26,444 nt of DNA from a virus (Duplodnaviria; Caudoviricetes). Under the pieces are notes generated by a model. The model did not search any database. It saw only the letters and a list, made by a program, of their open reading frames with translations, and was not told the origin of the DNA. The stretch is taken from positions 1 to 26,444 of IMG/VR virus record IMGVR_UViG_3300020045_001018; one strand, given 5' to 3'. Made by a program: the position numbers and the translations under genes. Shown piece by piece: positions 17,131 through 25,661 of this stretch (the first letter of the stretch is position 1; each line of letters opens with the position of its first letter).

Positions 17131-18699
17131 ATGCCAATCAAACCAATCAAAGAAATACACACGGACTCAGGTGGAAATGTTACTGTAGAGTACAGTGATG
17201 ACTCCACAATGAAGTTCAATCAAGCAGATACTGTTACTGCTGTAACTAATCCTGTCACCGGGGGGATTGCATCTTTGCAAGCAGGCGGGCAGAACTTCTT
17301 TCCAGATGGACTGACTTCTATCCAGCGACTTCGCGACAAGCCCGTGATACGCATTGCATGGTGGGGTGACTCAACTGTAGATGCCGCAGGAGGCGGCGGC
17401 TTGATTCCGTCCGACTGGTCTTTTGCAAGCATTGCAAATCAACCGCACGGAATACTTGACGGCGTGCTCTTGAATAAAAATTTTGGCGCAAATGGGTATT
17501 CGACTTCTGCAATTCTTGCAGCCTCTGACACTGCGACAAATCAATGGAACAACAAGGTCAACCCAGAAGGTGTCGGTGCTGCTTGCCTAAATGTTGCCGA
17601 TGCACTCGCCATCACTTTCGGCATCAATGATTTTCGGATGAACACAAGTGTTGCAACCTATGGAAATCAAGCCATGATTACCGAAGTTCTTGCGTTGCAG
17701 GCTAGGCTGGTAGAGATGATTAGGCGAGTTAGAGTGGCTGCGGGGGTTGTGCCAGTCATTTTTGTTGTGCCAAACGTCATGGCAAAGACTGGCCCGCTTC
17801 TCTCTGTTGATGGGCAGGCGGTTACAGACGCTTTGCGTCTTGCGTACCTTGGCGATGGCTTCTTGGGCATCCCCGCTATGAAGTCTCTTGTCGCTAACAG
17901 CGACACTTGCGATGCCGGAGGCGTGGTGTTCGGGCGCATATCTCCGACATTGGCGGCCATCCCGCCTCACATGATTGATGAACTGCACCCAAACTCAGAC
18001 GGATACAACCATAGGATGCGGTACTTTATGGTCTGGATCGACAGGGTTTGCCGAGAGGGGGAGTTTCTCAAGGTGTCATCTGGCAGTCTTTCTGGGATCG
18101 GTGTGAATTATTTTGACTATGGCACGCTTTACGGTGTGGCTTCTAAATGGGGCGCACAACCCGGCACAGGATATGGGGTAACGACACAACCGGGTTTGGG
18201 TGTCGGAGATGATCTGGCCGTCTTCTCTGTAGATGGTAAGCGCAGATCGTTTCGAATAGCCGTTCAGCCCGGTGACAATGCCGCCAACAATTACCTTCGC
18301 TGGTATCAATCCCCAGATGGGCGAGCTGCATTTCCAACCGACGTTTTTGCCCCTGAGTTGAGGGTTTTGCATCTTCGCCGGAAAATTAGAACATGGTATG
18401 ACGCAATTGATGGGTGGGTAGCCTACCCGGTTCGAGTTACAGCGGGAGGAAATGGGACTCTCACAGTTAGGTCTATTCAAGGTGGGCTTTCTTTGCTTGA
18501 CCACCCGCCAGTTGTGGCCGATAGACTCGCCATACAGGGCATGGGGGGCGGCTCAAGTCTTGACACTCACGGCCACGCCCTCACTGGCGCAACGATAGTC
18601 GCCGGGTCTGGGATCGGGGCTTTCAATATTTCTGGATTAGCCCATAACTACACCCATGCAGCAGGCCAGCTTGGCAGCTTGCTTGTGCCAAACCGATAA
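17131..18699 (+). CDS. SGNH/GDSL hydrolase-domain protein (possible virion esterase/deacetylase) with short N-terminal anchor
   Basis: Blocks AWWGDST (I), NFGANG (II), FGIND (III) and DELHPN (V). AAGGAA RBS and a beta-rich C-terminal region. Confidence 0.8.
   Translation: MPIKPIKEIHTDSGGNVTVEYSDDSTMKFNQADTVTAVTNPVTGGIASLQAGGQNFFPDGLTSIQRLRDKPVIRIAWWGDSTVDAAGGGGLIPSDWSFASIANQPHGILDGVLLNKNFGANGYSTSAILAASDTATNQWNNKVNPEGVGAACLNVADALAITFGINDFRMNTSVATYGNQAMITEVLALQARLVEMIRRVRVAAGVVPVIFVVPNVMAKTGPLLSVDGQAVTDALRLAYLGDGFLGIPAMKSLVANSDTCDAGGVVFGRISPTLAAIPPHMIDELHPNSDGYNHRMRYFMVWIDRVCREGEFLKVSSGSLSGIGVNYFDYGTLYGVASKWGAQPGTGYGVTTQPGLGVGDDLAVFSVDGKRRSFRIAVQPGDNAANNYLRWYQSPDGRAAFPTDVFAPELRVLHLRRKIRTWYDAIDGWVAYPVRVTAGGNGTLTVRSIQGGLSLLDHPPVVADRLAIQGMGGGSSLDTHGHALTGATIVAGSGIGAFNISGLAHNYTHAAGQLGSLLVPNR
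17246..17274. repeat. Left palindromic junction site of putative cassette
   Basis: CTAATCC-TGTCACCGGGG-GGATTGCATCT, coinciding with the rise in GC content. Confidence 0.55.
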
Positions 18700-18727
18700 A
18701 TCTAATCCCCTTCTGCACGAAGATTAC
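18698..18727. repeat. Right palindromic junction site of putative cassette
   Basis: AAATCTAATCCCCTTCTGCACGAAGATTAC directly after the stop codon. The inner arm is the inverse complement of the left inner arm (10/13). Confidence 0.55.
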
Positions 18728-18750
18728 ATTCTGCCTGCATCCAGAATCCA

Positions 18751-18835
18751 CTAGAACCTCCCACAGCGGCTTAAGATTACCCAAGGCATACAACCACAGG
18801 TACTCTTAATTTAAATCCACTGTAGGCGTTCCTAG
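18751..18835. repeat. Long imperfect inverted repeat (29-nt arms, 27-nt spacer)
   Basis: 18751-18779 vs reverse complement of 18807-18835: 21/29 identical, ungapped. Confidence 0.6.
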
Positions 18836-18863
18836 AGTCTTCTATTAGTAATCCTGAACGAAC

Positions 18864-18908
18864 AAAACCCCTAGAAGCCCGTTAAAAGGTTCCTAGGGGT
18901 TTAATTTT
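18864..18908. terminator. Bidirectional intrinsic terminator between convergent transcription blocks
   Basis: AAAACCCCTAGAAGCC...GGTTCCTAGGGGTTTAATTTT, with an A-run on the left and a T-run on the right. Confidence 0.8.
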
Positions 18909-18917
18909 GTCTGTACT

Positions 18918-19250
18918 TTAGTTGTATGTTCGTTTAGCTTTAATCTTTTCTTGGCACCACATATAAAAACTCGAAGAATTCTCGTCTGTGATCTCTATCA
19001 GTTTAGCCTGATGATACTCCAGATAACAAGCCCGGTTGTATTCGTGGTTGTGCCGAACGATTTCCTTCTGGATTAGCTCCGCGTACTCTTTGAATGAGTC
19101 GGAATGATCTTCTTGCATTAGACCTGATGCAATTACTACGTTAGTCCGGTGGAGTTCTTGGCGTAGACCTTGTACAAGATCGCTCAAGTACAGAGAGTAT
19201 TCAGCTAGATCAACGTAGTGTTTAACTGGAATTGAAGTCGGTGTTGTCAA
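18918..19250 (-). CDS. Hypothetical protein
   Basis: 110-aa ORF coupled to thioredoxin (4-nt overlap), GGAG RBS. Confidence 0.65.
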   Translation of the reverse strand: MTTPTSIPVKHYVDLAEYSLYLSDLVQGLRQELHRTNVVIASGLMQEDHSDSFKEYAELIQKEIVRHNHEYNRACYLEYHQAKLIEITDENSSSFYMWCQEKIKAKRTYN

Positions 19251-19504
19251 GGTGTATCTCCTAGGAATTTCATAAGTTCTGCTTTGTTCAAAGCGCCAGA
19301 GATTCGTTTGATTTCCTCTCCAGTTTCGTCAAGGGTGATCAGTGTAGGTAATCCACGAACATTATACGCCTTAGCACTGGCTGTATCTACGTCGATGTTA
19401 ATTGGAACTACTTCAATACCACTCAGATCAACGTCCTTGAGTAGATTGGTGAGTACCTTGCACCCGGCACACCACGGGGCCTCATACTTCAGTAATGTTT
19501 TCAT
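19247..19504 (-). CDS. Thioredoxin
   Basis: WCAGC active site, cis-Pro motif VRGLPTL, adjacent to RNR genes. Confidence 0.9.
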   Translation of the reverse strand: MKTLLKYEAPWCAGCKVLTNLLKDVDLSGIEVVPINIDVDTASAKAYNVRGLPTLITLDETGEEIKRISGALNKAELMKFLGDTP

Positions 19505-19519
19505 ATTTCCTTTCGTTAA

Positions 19520-20551
19520 TTAAAAGTCATCCCAGCCAGTAACGGCTGAACTCTGTGAATATTCTGTTACGGTTGTCTCAAAGAAGTTCTCACGTTTTTC
19601 TGTATCAAGATACTCATATGGATCTTTGTTAAAGCCCTTGTATAGTACCCCAAGCCCTATACTTTTAGCTCGTTTATTCCCTAAGAATTTTACATATTGT
19701 TCAGTTGATTTCTTTGACATACCAAGAATACGATCTCCGTATACTTCGTGACCCCATTGAATTTCTTGCTCTACAGCTTCAGTTAAAGTGTCAGTGAGCA
19801 TTTTACGATCTTCCTCATTGTCAAGATCAAACAACTCTTTAATAATATGAATCATCATTGCCACATGCGTGGCTTCGTCCTCAGAAATATACTTAATCAT
19901 CTTAGCAACCTCCGCTACCTTATTCCGAGAAGCCAACTGGTAAAAGAAGTTGAAGCCATTATAGAAGTAAATCCCTTCTAGCGCAAAATCAGCAGCGATT
20001 GCTTGCTTAAAAGATTGCTCTGTTGGTTTCTCAGCAAATGCTTGATACTTACCAGCTATACTTTTGTTGCGTTGCAGCAACAGTGGGTTAGTTCTCCAGT
20101 AGTCGTAGATTTCTTCACGGTCTGTACTAGGAAATAATTCTTGCAGTAGATATTGGTACGATTGCGAGTGAATCAACTCTTGAAACTCTTGCAGTGTAAA
20201 CAAAGCAGATATTTCTGGTGCGGTGACATAAGCACTAAGTTTAGGTAGGGCAGCAGTCTGCATCGAATCAAGCGCAACCAAGAACGATAACGTGTTCTTA
20301 AACGCTACTAGTTCATCTTCAGTCAGTTCCTTAATTGTAGTGCGGTCTTCTACTAATGAAATCTTTTCAGGAATCCAATGGTTATTCAGCATAACCTTAT
20401 AGAGTTTACTTGCCCACTGATATTTCACGGAGTTAAGGTTAGCAATACCTGTACTGTTACCTCCAATTAGCTTTCGTTCCTCTGTGTTGTCATTACCTAG
20501 CTCATTAAAAACTAGCCGCTGTTTTAGTTCTGTTTGATTTGTATTTTCCAT
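19520..20551 (-). CDS. nrdB: Class I ribonucleotide reductase beta subunit
   Basis: WIPE, LDSMQ, QELIHSQSY (E..H and radical Tyr), LEGIYFYNGF, DEATH, C-terminal NFFE..VTEY. Confidence 0.95.
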   Translation of the reverse strand: MENTNQTELKQRLVFNELGNDNTEERKLIGGNSTGIANLNSVKYQWASKLYKVMLNNHWIPEKISLVEDRTTIKELTEDELVAFKNTLSFLVALDSMQTAALPKLSAYVTAPEISALFTLQEFQELIHSQSYQYLLQELFPSTDREEIYDYWRTNPLLLQRNKSIAGKYQAFAEKPTEQSFKQAIAADFALEGIYFYNGFNFFYQLASRNKVAEVAKMIKYISEDEATHVAMMIHIIKELFDLDNEEDRKMLTDTLTEAVEQEIQWGHEVYGDRILGMSKKSTEQYVKFLGNKRAKSIGLGVLYKGFNKDPYEYLDTEKRENFFETTVTEYSQSSAVTGWDDF

Positions 20552-20574
20552 CTTTATTCCTTCTTTAATGAGTA

Positions 20575-20599
20575 AATCCCAGTGGGTTAGACTGGGGTT
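20575..20599 (-). other. Intergenic hairpin between nrdA and nrdB
   Basis: AATCCCAGT-N7-ACTGGGGTT stem. Possible attenuator or mRNA stabiliser. Confidence 0.45.
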
Positions 20600-20609
20600 A
20601 GTGTATCAC

Positions 20610-22784
20610 TTATCCTGCGCAGGCTACACAGGCTTCCTCTGAATTTTCCTTTTGTTTTACTGATCTGATGTAGTAAATAGTCTTAATTCCTTTTTCATGG
20701 GCATAGTGAATTGCATTATACAAGTCCTTAGCTGAAAAGTTCTCCTTGTTTTGGTCAAAGATCAGCTCCATACTAATCCCAGTATCAACGAACTTTTGCA
20801 TCTCAGCAACAGCATCAATGATCTCAATAGCACTGAACTTAGCTTGCGTCTTACCGTAGCCAATTGGATTCTCAGCCAAGAACCTAGCACCAACCTTCAA
20901 AGAACCATTCTTGTTATCTTCACTGAAGAACGCAGAGTAGATAGGTAGAACAGAAGCAGAAGCATCTTGGTAAATACTGGTGGAGGTAGTCGGTGCTGGG
21001 CTTGTCAACTGACTGTTATGGATACCATAAATATCAATCAGTCCTTGAATTTTCTCCCAATCGTACTTACCGTTCCCTAGTCCTTTAAACCGTTTAGTAA
21101 TATTTCCATTCTTCCACTCAGAGAACTCAAACGCTTCAAACACACCTAACTCTTTTGTCAGAGCAATAGATTCAAGTGCAGCATTGTACTCAATACACTC
21201 AAAAATATCGGCAATCAATTCCTTGTTGTCGTATCCGGTGAACTCTCTAGCAAAGTAGTCATGTAGACCCATAACACCAAGCCCAATCGTCCGATAACGC
21301 TTGTTATGAGCTTCGGTTGTAGCATCTGGATTCTTCGTCAGTTGAACTCCACGGTTAAGAATGCGGCAAGCCAAACGGGAAACTTCAGCTAAGTGCTGCA
21401 TATCACGGATATTACCTAGGTTAATAGAGCCAAGATTACACACATGACTGTATTTATCTGGCTTCACGCTAGAGTAAGATTCAGTACAGAGGTTTGCTGT
21501 TGGAATACCATAAGATTCTTTATCATTCTTATTAGGATTCATTTCATTGATTGTATCAGTGAAAGCAATGTAAGGTAGACCAGTCTCAAACTGTGACCGC
21601 ATAATCTGTTTCATCACTGTCTTAGCGCTAGGGATGATTCGAAACACCTTGAGTTTACCTGTAACTACTGCGTTCTCAATGGCTAGGTATGCCTTACGGA
21701 ACTCTTCCCCGTACATTCCACGAATGTCAATACCTAACTTTTGCTTTACTTCAAACGGACAGAAAGTAACCCAAGGTTGATTTTCTTTATCACGTTCCAT
21801 GAAAATGTCAGGCACTGTCACTTGAGGGAATACATCATACGCTTTCATACGTTGATCACCGTGTTCGGTTTGCATATCCAAGAAATCCAAGATATCATTA
21901 TGCCAGATTGGAAGTGCCACAGTACCAGCACCTGCCCTGCGTCCACCTTGATTAACAGCTACAAGAGTATCATTCAGAATCTTTACCCACTGCACTACAG
22001 TCCCTGCTGCGTTATCATTTCCGTTAACAGATGAGCCTTTAGCACGGAGATAACCCAAGAAGATACCTAAGCCTCCACCATTCTTACTAATCTCGGCTAC
22101 ACGCTTTACGTTGTCAAAGATGCTACCAAGATCATCCTCTACGGCCAGAATAAAGCAAGAAGCAGTATTACCCCCAGAGCGAAGGTTAAGCATAAATGGT
22201 GTAGCCAAACTGAACTCCCGTTTAGACAGTACATCGTAAATTTGCTTGACTACTTCTAGACGTTTTCCTTCATCTTCAAACTGACCGAATCGCATAGCGT
22301 TAACCATATGCATATGTTGGTTCAACTCGTTCTTGTTCTGATATTTCTTTTTACCAGTCAACAACGAAGCATATGAGTGTGCCAAATCACGTTCATAGTC
22401 AATCAAGCCTTCAAGTGCAATCAAATCAGCGTTTGAGTAGAACTTCAGTAAGTCCTTCGTGTAAAGACCAGTCTTACAGTTCTGTTTCACCAGATCAGCA
22501 AATCCTTTACCTTTAACTTTGAAGGCGTGAAGCTCATCCATAGCGAACGCATGTCCTGCTACAGTTAACCACTCGGGTGTACTCGGTGTGGCTAACTGTA
22601 AAGCGTGTTGAACAATATTAGCCTGAATATCTGCTGTGCTTATACCATTCTTCATAAAGTAGTCAATACGACTCTCTAGTTCAAGTGGATTGACGTTCAC
22701 ACCTTCACAAGAGTAAGCGATTGATTGTTTGATTTTCAAAGTGTCGAATTGTTCTTTAGTTCCATCACGTTTTGTTACTTGCAT
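20610..22784 (-). CDS. nrdA: Class I ribonucleotide reductase alpha subunit with N-terminal ATP cone
   Basis: VTKRDG ATP cone, ASCF, NLCTE, VCNLGSIN, IYYIR, C-terminal CVAC. Confidence 0.95.
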   Translation of the reverse strand: MQVTKRDGTKEQFDTLKIKQSIAYSCEGVNVNPLELESRIDYFMKNGISTADIQANIVQHALQLATPSTPEWLTVAGHAFAMDELHAFKVKGKGFADLVKQNCKTGLYTKDLLKFYSNADLIALEGLIDYERDLAHSYASLLTGKKKYQNKNELNQHMHMVNAMRFGQFEDEGKRLEVVKQIYDVLSKREFSLATPFMLNLRSGGNTASCFILAVEDDLGSIFDNVKRVAEISKNGGGLGIFLGYLRAKGSSVNGNDNAAGTVVQWVKILNDTLVAVNQGGRRAGAGTVALPIWHNDILDFLDMQTEHGDQRMKAYDVFPQVTVPDIFMERDKENQPWVTFCPFEVKQKLGIDIRGMYGEEFRKAYLAIENAVVTGKLKVFRIIPSAKTVMKQIMRSQFETGLPYIAFTDTINEMNPNKNDKESYGIPTANLCTESYSSVKPDKYSHVCNLGSINLGNIRDMQHLAEVSRLACRILNRGVQLTKNPDATTEAHNKRYRTIGLGVMGLHDYFAREFTGYDNKELIADIFECIEYNAALESIALTKELGVFEAFEFSEWKNGNITKRFKGLGNGKYDWEKIQGLIDIYGIHNSQLTSPAPTTSTSIYQDASASVLPIYSAFFSEDNKNGSLKVGARFLAENPIGYGKTQAKFSAIEIIDAVAEMQKFVDTGISMELIFDQNKENFSAKDLYNAIHYAHEKGIKTIYYIRSVKQKENSEEACVACAG

Positions 22785-22796
22785 ATTTTCCTTTAT

Positions 22797-23129
22797 TTAT
22801 TCTGTCATTCCACGCAGAGAGTAAAGGTCTTTAACTAAATTACTCCCGCTTGCTTTATCACGAGCTTCTTGACTACTGTACTTTGAATCAATCCACTCCT
22901 CATCTAAACGCTCGTTACCGACGAACCTTGTACAAGTATTGATATTTCTAAACCGGTTACGGTGAGTGTTGAACTGAGTCTCATACGGCTGATTAACATC
23001 CAATCCTAGCCCGTATAACACCCCTTCTAGCTCTTTATCGTTCTCAGCAATCCATTCCTCAGTGTATAGAGAATTAACCGTCCATAGCTCGCTCTGTGAG
23101 ATGTAGACTAGCGCAATAATTGAACTCAT
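22797..23129 (-). CDS. Hypothetical protein
   Basis: 110-aa ORF coupled to thyX (ATGA overlap), GGAG RBS. Confidence 0.7.
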   Translation of the reverse strand: MSSIIALVYISQSELWTVNSLYTEEWIAENDKELEGVLYGLGLDVNQPYETQFNTHRNRFRNINTCTRFVGNERLDEEWIDSKYSSQEARDKASGSNLVKDLYSLRGMTE

Positions 23130-24043
23130 TGTTTATCTCCTTCTTGCTTTACGTTATTAGGTAACAACTGACGGTACTGAATCCAGTCACGTAGATTACC
23201 CGAGAAATAAACACCATCACGGTTTACGTGAGTAATACCGTCAATCCAATCCCCGTAGAAATCAACTGCCTCATCAAAACACATGGCACAATGTTCAAAT
23301 GGACTGGCGTGAACCGGAGTACTGTTAACTAAACGATCATACACCATCTGTGCTTTCTCAAGTGAACCGTCTGTTTTACGATAGCTGACCTGTGCTGCTG
23401 AACTCGATGAAATCATCAGAGCTTGTTCTAGTGTAATCTCAGCTATGTCATCTGTCCAGTACCGTTGCAGTCTATCCTCTTTGTCATAAGAACATTGAAC
23501 ATAAGGTAAGTGCCACTCTCCATCACGAAGTAGCTCTGGTTTACTTTGCTTGTAACTCATTAACATTTTACCAGCCAACTCAGCAATCGTAGGATCAGCA
23601 TCTGCGTGATCTCTCAACCAGAACCAATTAGCAAAATCAGTACCTGTCAGAACAACCTTCATATGCTGATACGGTTCTGTAATACGATTGATCACTTGCT
23701 TGTGCGCTTTGATATCATTCATTACACGAGCGTGGCTTACCGCTGATTTACAGGCACTCAACCAGAGTTCTTTCACTGCCTCTTTCTCTAGTTCTCCTAG
23801 TTCCTCTTGAGCTTGCATACCGGGCTGATTCTTTCCCCAATGAGAAGGTGTAGCTGGATTAGCCTCAATCAAGTCCAGCATTGTATTCACTGGAATAGCC
23901 CGAGAACTAGCAGCATTACGAGAGAACACCCGATGAGTCATTAGCTCCGAATGAATAATACGAGGGTACTCTACTTCAAATGTTGTAATCCGTGTCCCTC
24001 GTTTGTTTGTACTATCTGCAATAATCCGTGATTTAACTGTCAT
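23126..24043 (-). CDS. thyX: Flavin-dependent thymidylate synthase (phage type)
   Basis: HSELMTHRVFSRNAASSRAIP ThyX signature, HKQVINR, NWFWLRDH, HASPFEH. Confidence 0.9.
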   Translation of the reverse strand: MTVKSRIIADSTNKRGTRITTFEVEYPRIIHSELMTHRVFSRNAASSRAIPVNTMLDLIEANPATPSHWGKNQPGMQAQEELGELEKEAVKELWLSACKSAVSHARVMNDIKAHKQVINRITEPYQHMKVVLTGTDFANWFWLRDHADADPTIAELAGKMLMSYKQSKPELLRDGEWHLPYVQCSYDKEDRLQRYWTDDIAEITLEQALMISSSSAAQVSYRKTDGSLEKAQMVYDRLVNSTPVHASPFEHCAMCFDEAVDFYGDWIDGITHVNRDGVYFSGNLRDWIQYRQLLPNNVKQEGDKQ

Positions 24044-24052
24044 TGAGTCTCC

Positions 24053-24358
24053 TTATTCAGCGTTTGTAATATTCACAGCCTCACCAGTATTAACCCAGTA
24101 AGAATCAAACGGTGCATCTGTAGCCTTCACATGATACACACCTTGAGCTTGCAGTTCTACTACTTGTACAGTACGTCCGTTATGAAGGAAGATTTCACCC
24201 AAGGTGTATTGTTTAGTATCAGTCTCTTTTAGCTTTTGTTCTTTAATCAAAGCGGATTCCTTGAGTACATCACGGATACTACCGTAGTTAGCTGCGGTTG
24301 GTGTTGTGCTAGTTGTTTGTGCAGTAGTTGCTTGTGTTTTATTAGTCATATTAGTCAT
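24053..24358 (-). CDS. Hypothetical protein
   Basis: 101-aa ORF with AAGGAA RBS and Thr-rich N-terminus. Confidence 0.65.
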   Translation of the reverse strand: MTNMTNKTQATTAQTTSTTPTAANYGSIRDVLKESALIKEQKLKETDTKQYTLGEIFLHNGRTVQVVELQAQGVYHVKATDAPFDSYWVNTGEAVNITNAE

Positions 24359-24394
24359 TTGTATTCCTTGTTTATTTTAGTGCTTAATCGTTGT

Positions 24395-24691
24395 TTAATC
24401 GTGGTTTGTATTCTGAGAGACTTCGTAATAATACTTGAGTTTCGCTCGTTTCATGTCAATGTATCCTTCGTGATCGAAATCAGGGAAATCATCATCAGTT
24501 ACTTCCCCTAGTTCATCTATTACAGCAATACAGTCCAGCATCTCTTTAAAGAGTTTAAACGCGTTAGTTTCTCCGGTATCTTCTCTAGGGTCAAGTGATT
24601 CATAACCAAAAAGGCTACATTTGATTGATGCCTGTGCAATTTCAGAGCACTCCTCTGCGAGTTTAATGAGTAGATATTGTTGGTAGTTCAT
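24395..24691 (-). CDS. MazG-like NTP pyrophosphohydrolase
   Basis: KLAEECSEIAQA..K ... KEMLDCIAVI (EE..E / E..D metal motif). Confidence 0.65.
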   Translation of the reverse strand: MNYQQYLLIKLAEECSEIAQASIKCSLFGYESLDPREDTGETNAFKLFKEMLDCIAVIDELGEVTDDDFPDFDHEGYIDMKRAKLKYYYEVSQNTNHD

Positions 24692-24714
24692 TTGGTTTCC
24701 TTTCGGGAGTGAAG

Positions 24715-24743
24715 ATTATACTCTTATGCTGATGTATATACAA
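24715..24743 (-). promoter_or_regulatory. Sigma70-like promoter
   Basis: On the - strand: TTGTAT (24743-24738), 17-nt spacer, TATAAT (24720-24715). Confidence 0.7.
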
Positions 24744-24748
24744 GCGAA

Positions 24749-25201
24749 TTATTTAGACTCTTGTTCGTATGTCTCATTGTACTCTAGTTGGAGAATCAAA
24801 GTACAGTAGTGAATGATCTTCCTGATATCCTGTGCTTTATTCTTGGTTTTATGGCGAGTGATGTACTTCACGACGTTACCCTCAAGGAAGCTCAAGTTAT
24901 TAGCATGGATGTACTCTACTGGTTGAATCTTCATTTGCTTATAATGCTCACCACCAACTTGAATGTTCAGTGCAGATGAGGGTATAGTTTGAGTAACATC
25001 AGGGTTAACGTCCGTAAAGTGCATAAGTGTATCTTCATCTACTGTACATTTAAGTAGCCCTTCTCTATCGTAATCATGAGGGCAGTTATTCTCTGATGGG
25101 TTAAAAACACAACTATTACAGGATTCATTATCGTTACATTGGTCTGAGCTTTTAATCAACCACACTGGTTTACTGTTGAATTGCAATTGTTTATCTTCCA
25201 T
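24749..25201 (-). CDS. DUF3310 / SaV-like (T7 gp1.7-related nucleotide kinase family) protein with Cys-rich N-terminal extension
   Basis: QVGGEHYK...IQPVEYI...FLEGNVVKYITRH..K...DIRKIIHY. N-terminal C-x5-C-x2-C-x8-C. Confidence 0.75.
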   Translation of the reverse strand: MEDKQLQFNSKPVWLIKSSDQCNDNESCNSCVFNPSENNCPHDYDREGLLKCTVDEDTLMHFTDVNPDVTQTIPSSALNIQVGGEHYKQMKIQPVEYIHANNLSFLEGNVVKYITRHKTKNKAQDIRKIIHYCTLILQLEYNETYEQESK

Positions 25202-25202
25202 A

Positions 25203-25661
25203 CTAGTATGCCTTTCCGTTTGCTTCTTTACGATTCTTGATCTGGTGATCTTCTCGTGTTTTATTGTAGCTCAATTTCTCTGCGATTGCACCAGCTAGAT
25301 CAAGTTCTAGTGCCCCCGCCAAATCCATGATACGGATAACTGCATCAGCTAGTTCGACCTCGATCATTTTACGATGTGGCAGTTTATCATCCTGAAGATT
25401 CTTCCGATGACCCTCCATTGCTTCACTGATCTCACTGTGAATTAAACACAGCTTCTCTGCTACAAGAGCTTTTCCAAGTCGTGTACCTTGTCGTGCTTCT
25501 TCAGTTAAATCCATGTTTGTACTCAGGTCAGTCCACCAGCCAGCGAGGACGTTAGCTAAGTGGATATCATTTTGTAGTTCTTTGAGTACTGTAATTTGTG
25601 CTTGCATTTCTATTCCTTTATTTAATTTACGTCTAAGTTCCCGGTAGTCCATTTTATTCAT
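25203..25661 (-). CDS. MazG-like NTP pyrophosphohydrolase
   Basis: KLCLIHSEISEAMEGHRK...EVELADAVIRIMDLAG...IAEKLSYNKTR. Confidence 0.85.
   Translation of the reverse strand: MNKMDYRELRRKLNKGIEMQAQITVLKELQNDIHLANVLAGWWTDLSTNMDLTEEARQGTRLGKALVAEKLCLIHSEISEAMEGHRKNLQDDKLPHRKMIEVELADAVIRIMDLAGALELDLAGAIAEKLSYNKTREDHQIKNRKEANGKAY

Noticed and set aside
18634-18640. Additional GGATTAG copy near the 3' end of the SGNH gene
   Set aside because: It is complementary to CTAATCC at 18702-18708 but is a lone 7-mer without a palindromic partner at site spacing, so it could be chance.
17262-18710. Gin/Cin-type invertible segment giving two alternative C-termini
   Set aside because: Inverting at the GGGGATT/AATCCCC repeats would fuse the anchor to only 26 codons before a TGA. 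The antisense ORFs (17587-17988, 18076-18504) are short shadows, and there is no invertase in the window.
19520-24043. Introns or inteins in nrdA, nrdB, thyX
   Set aside because: All three are uninterrupted, of normal length, with contiguous motifs.
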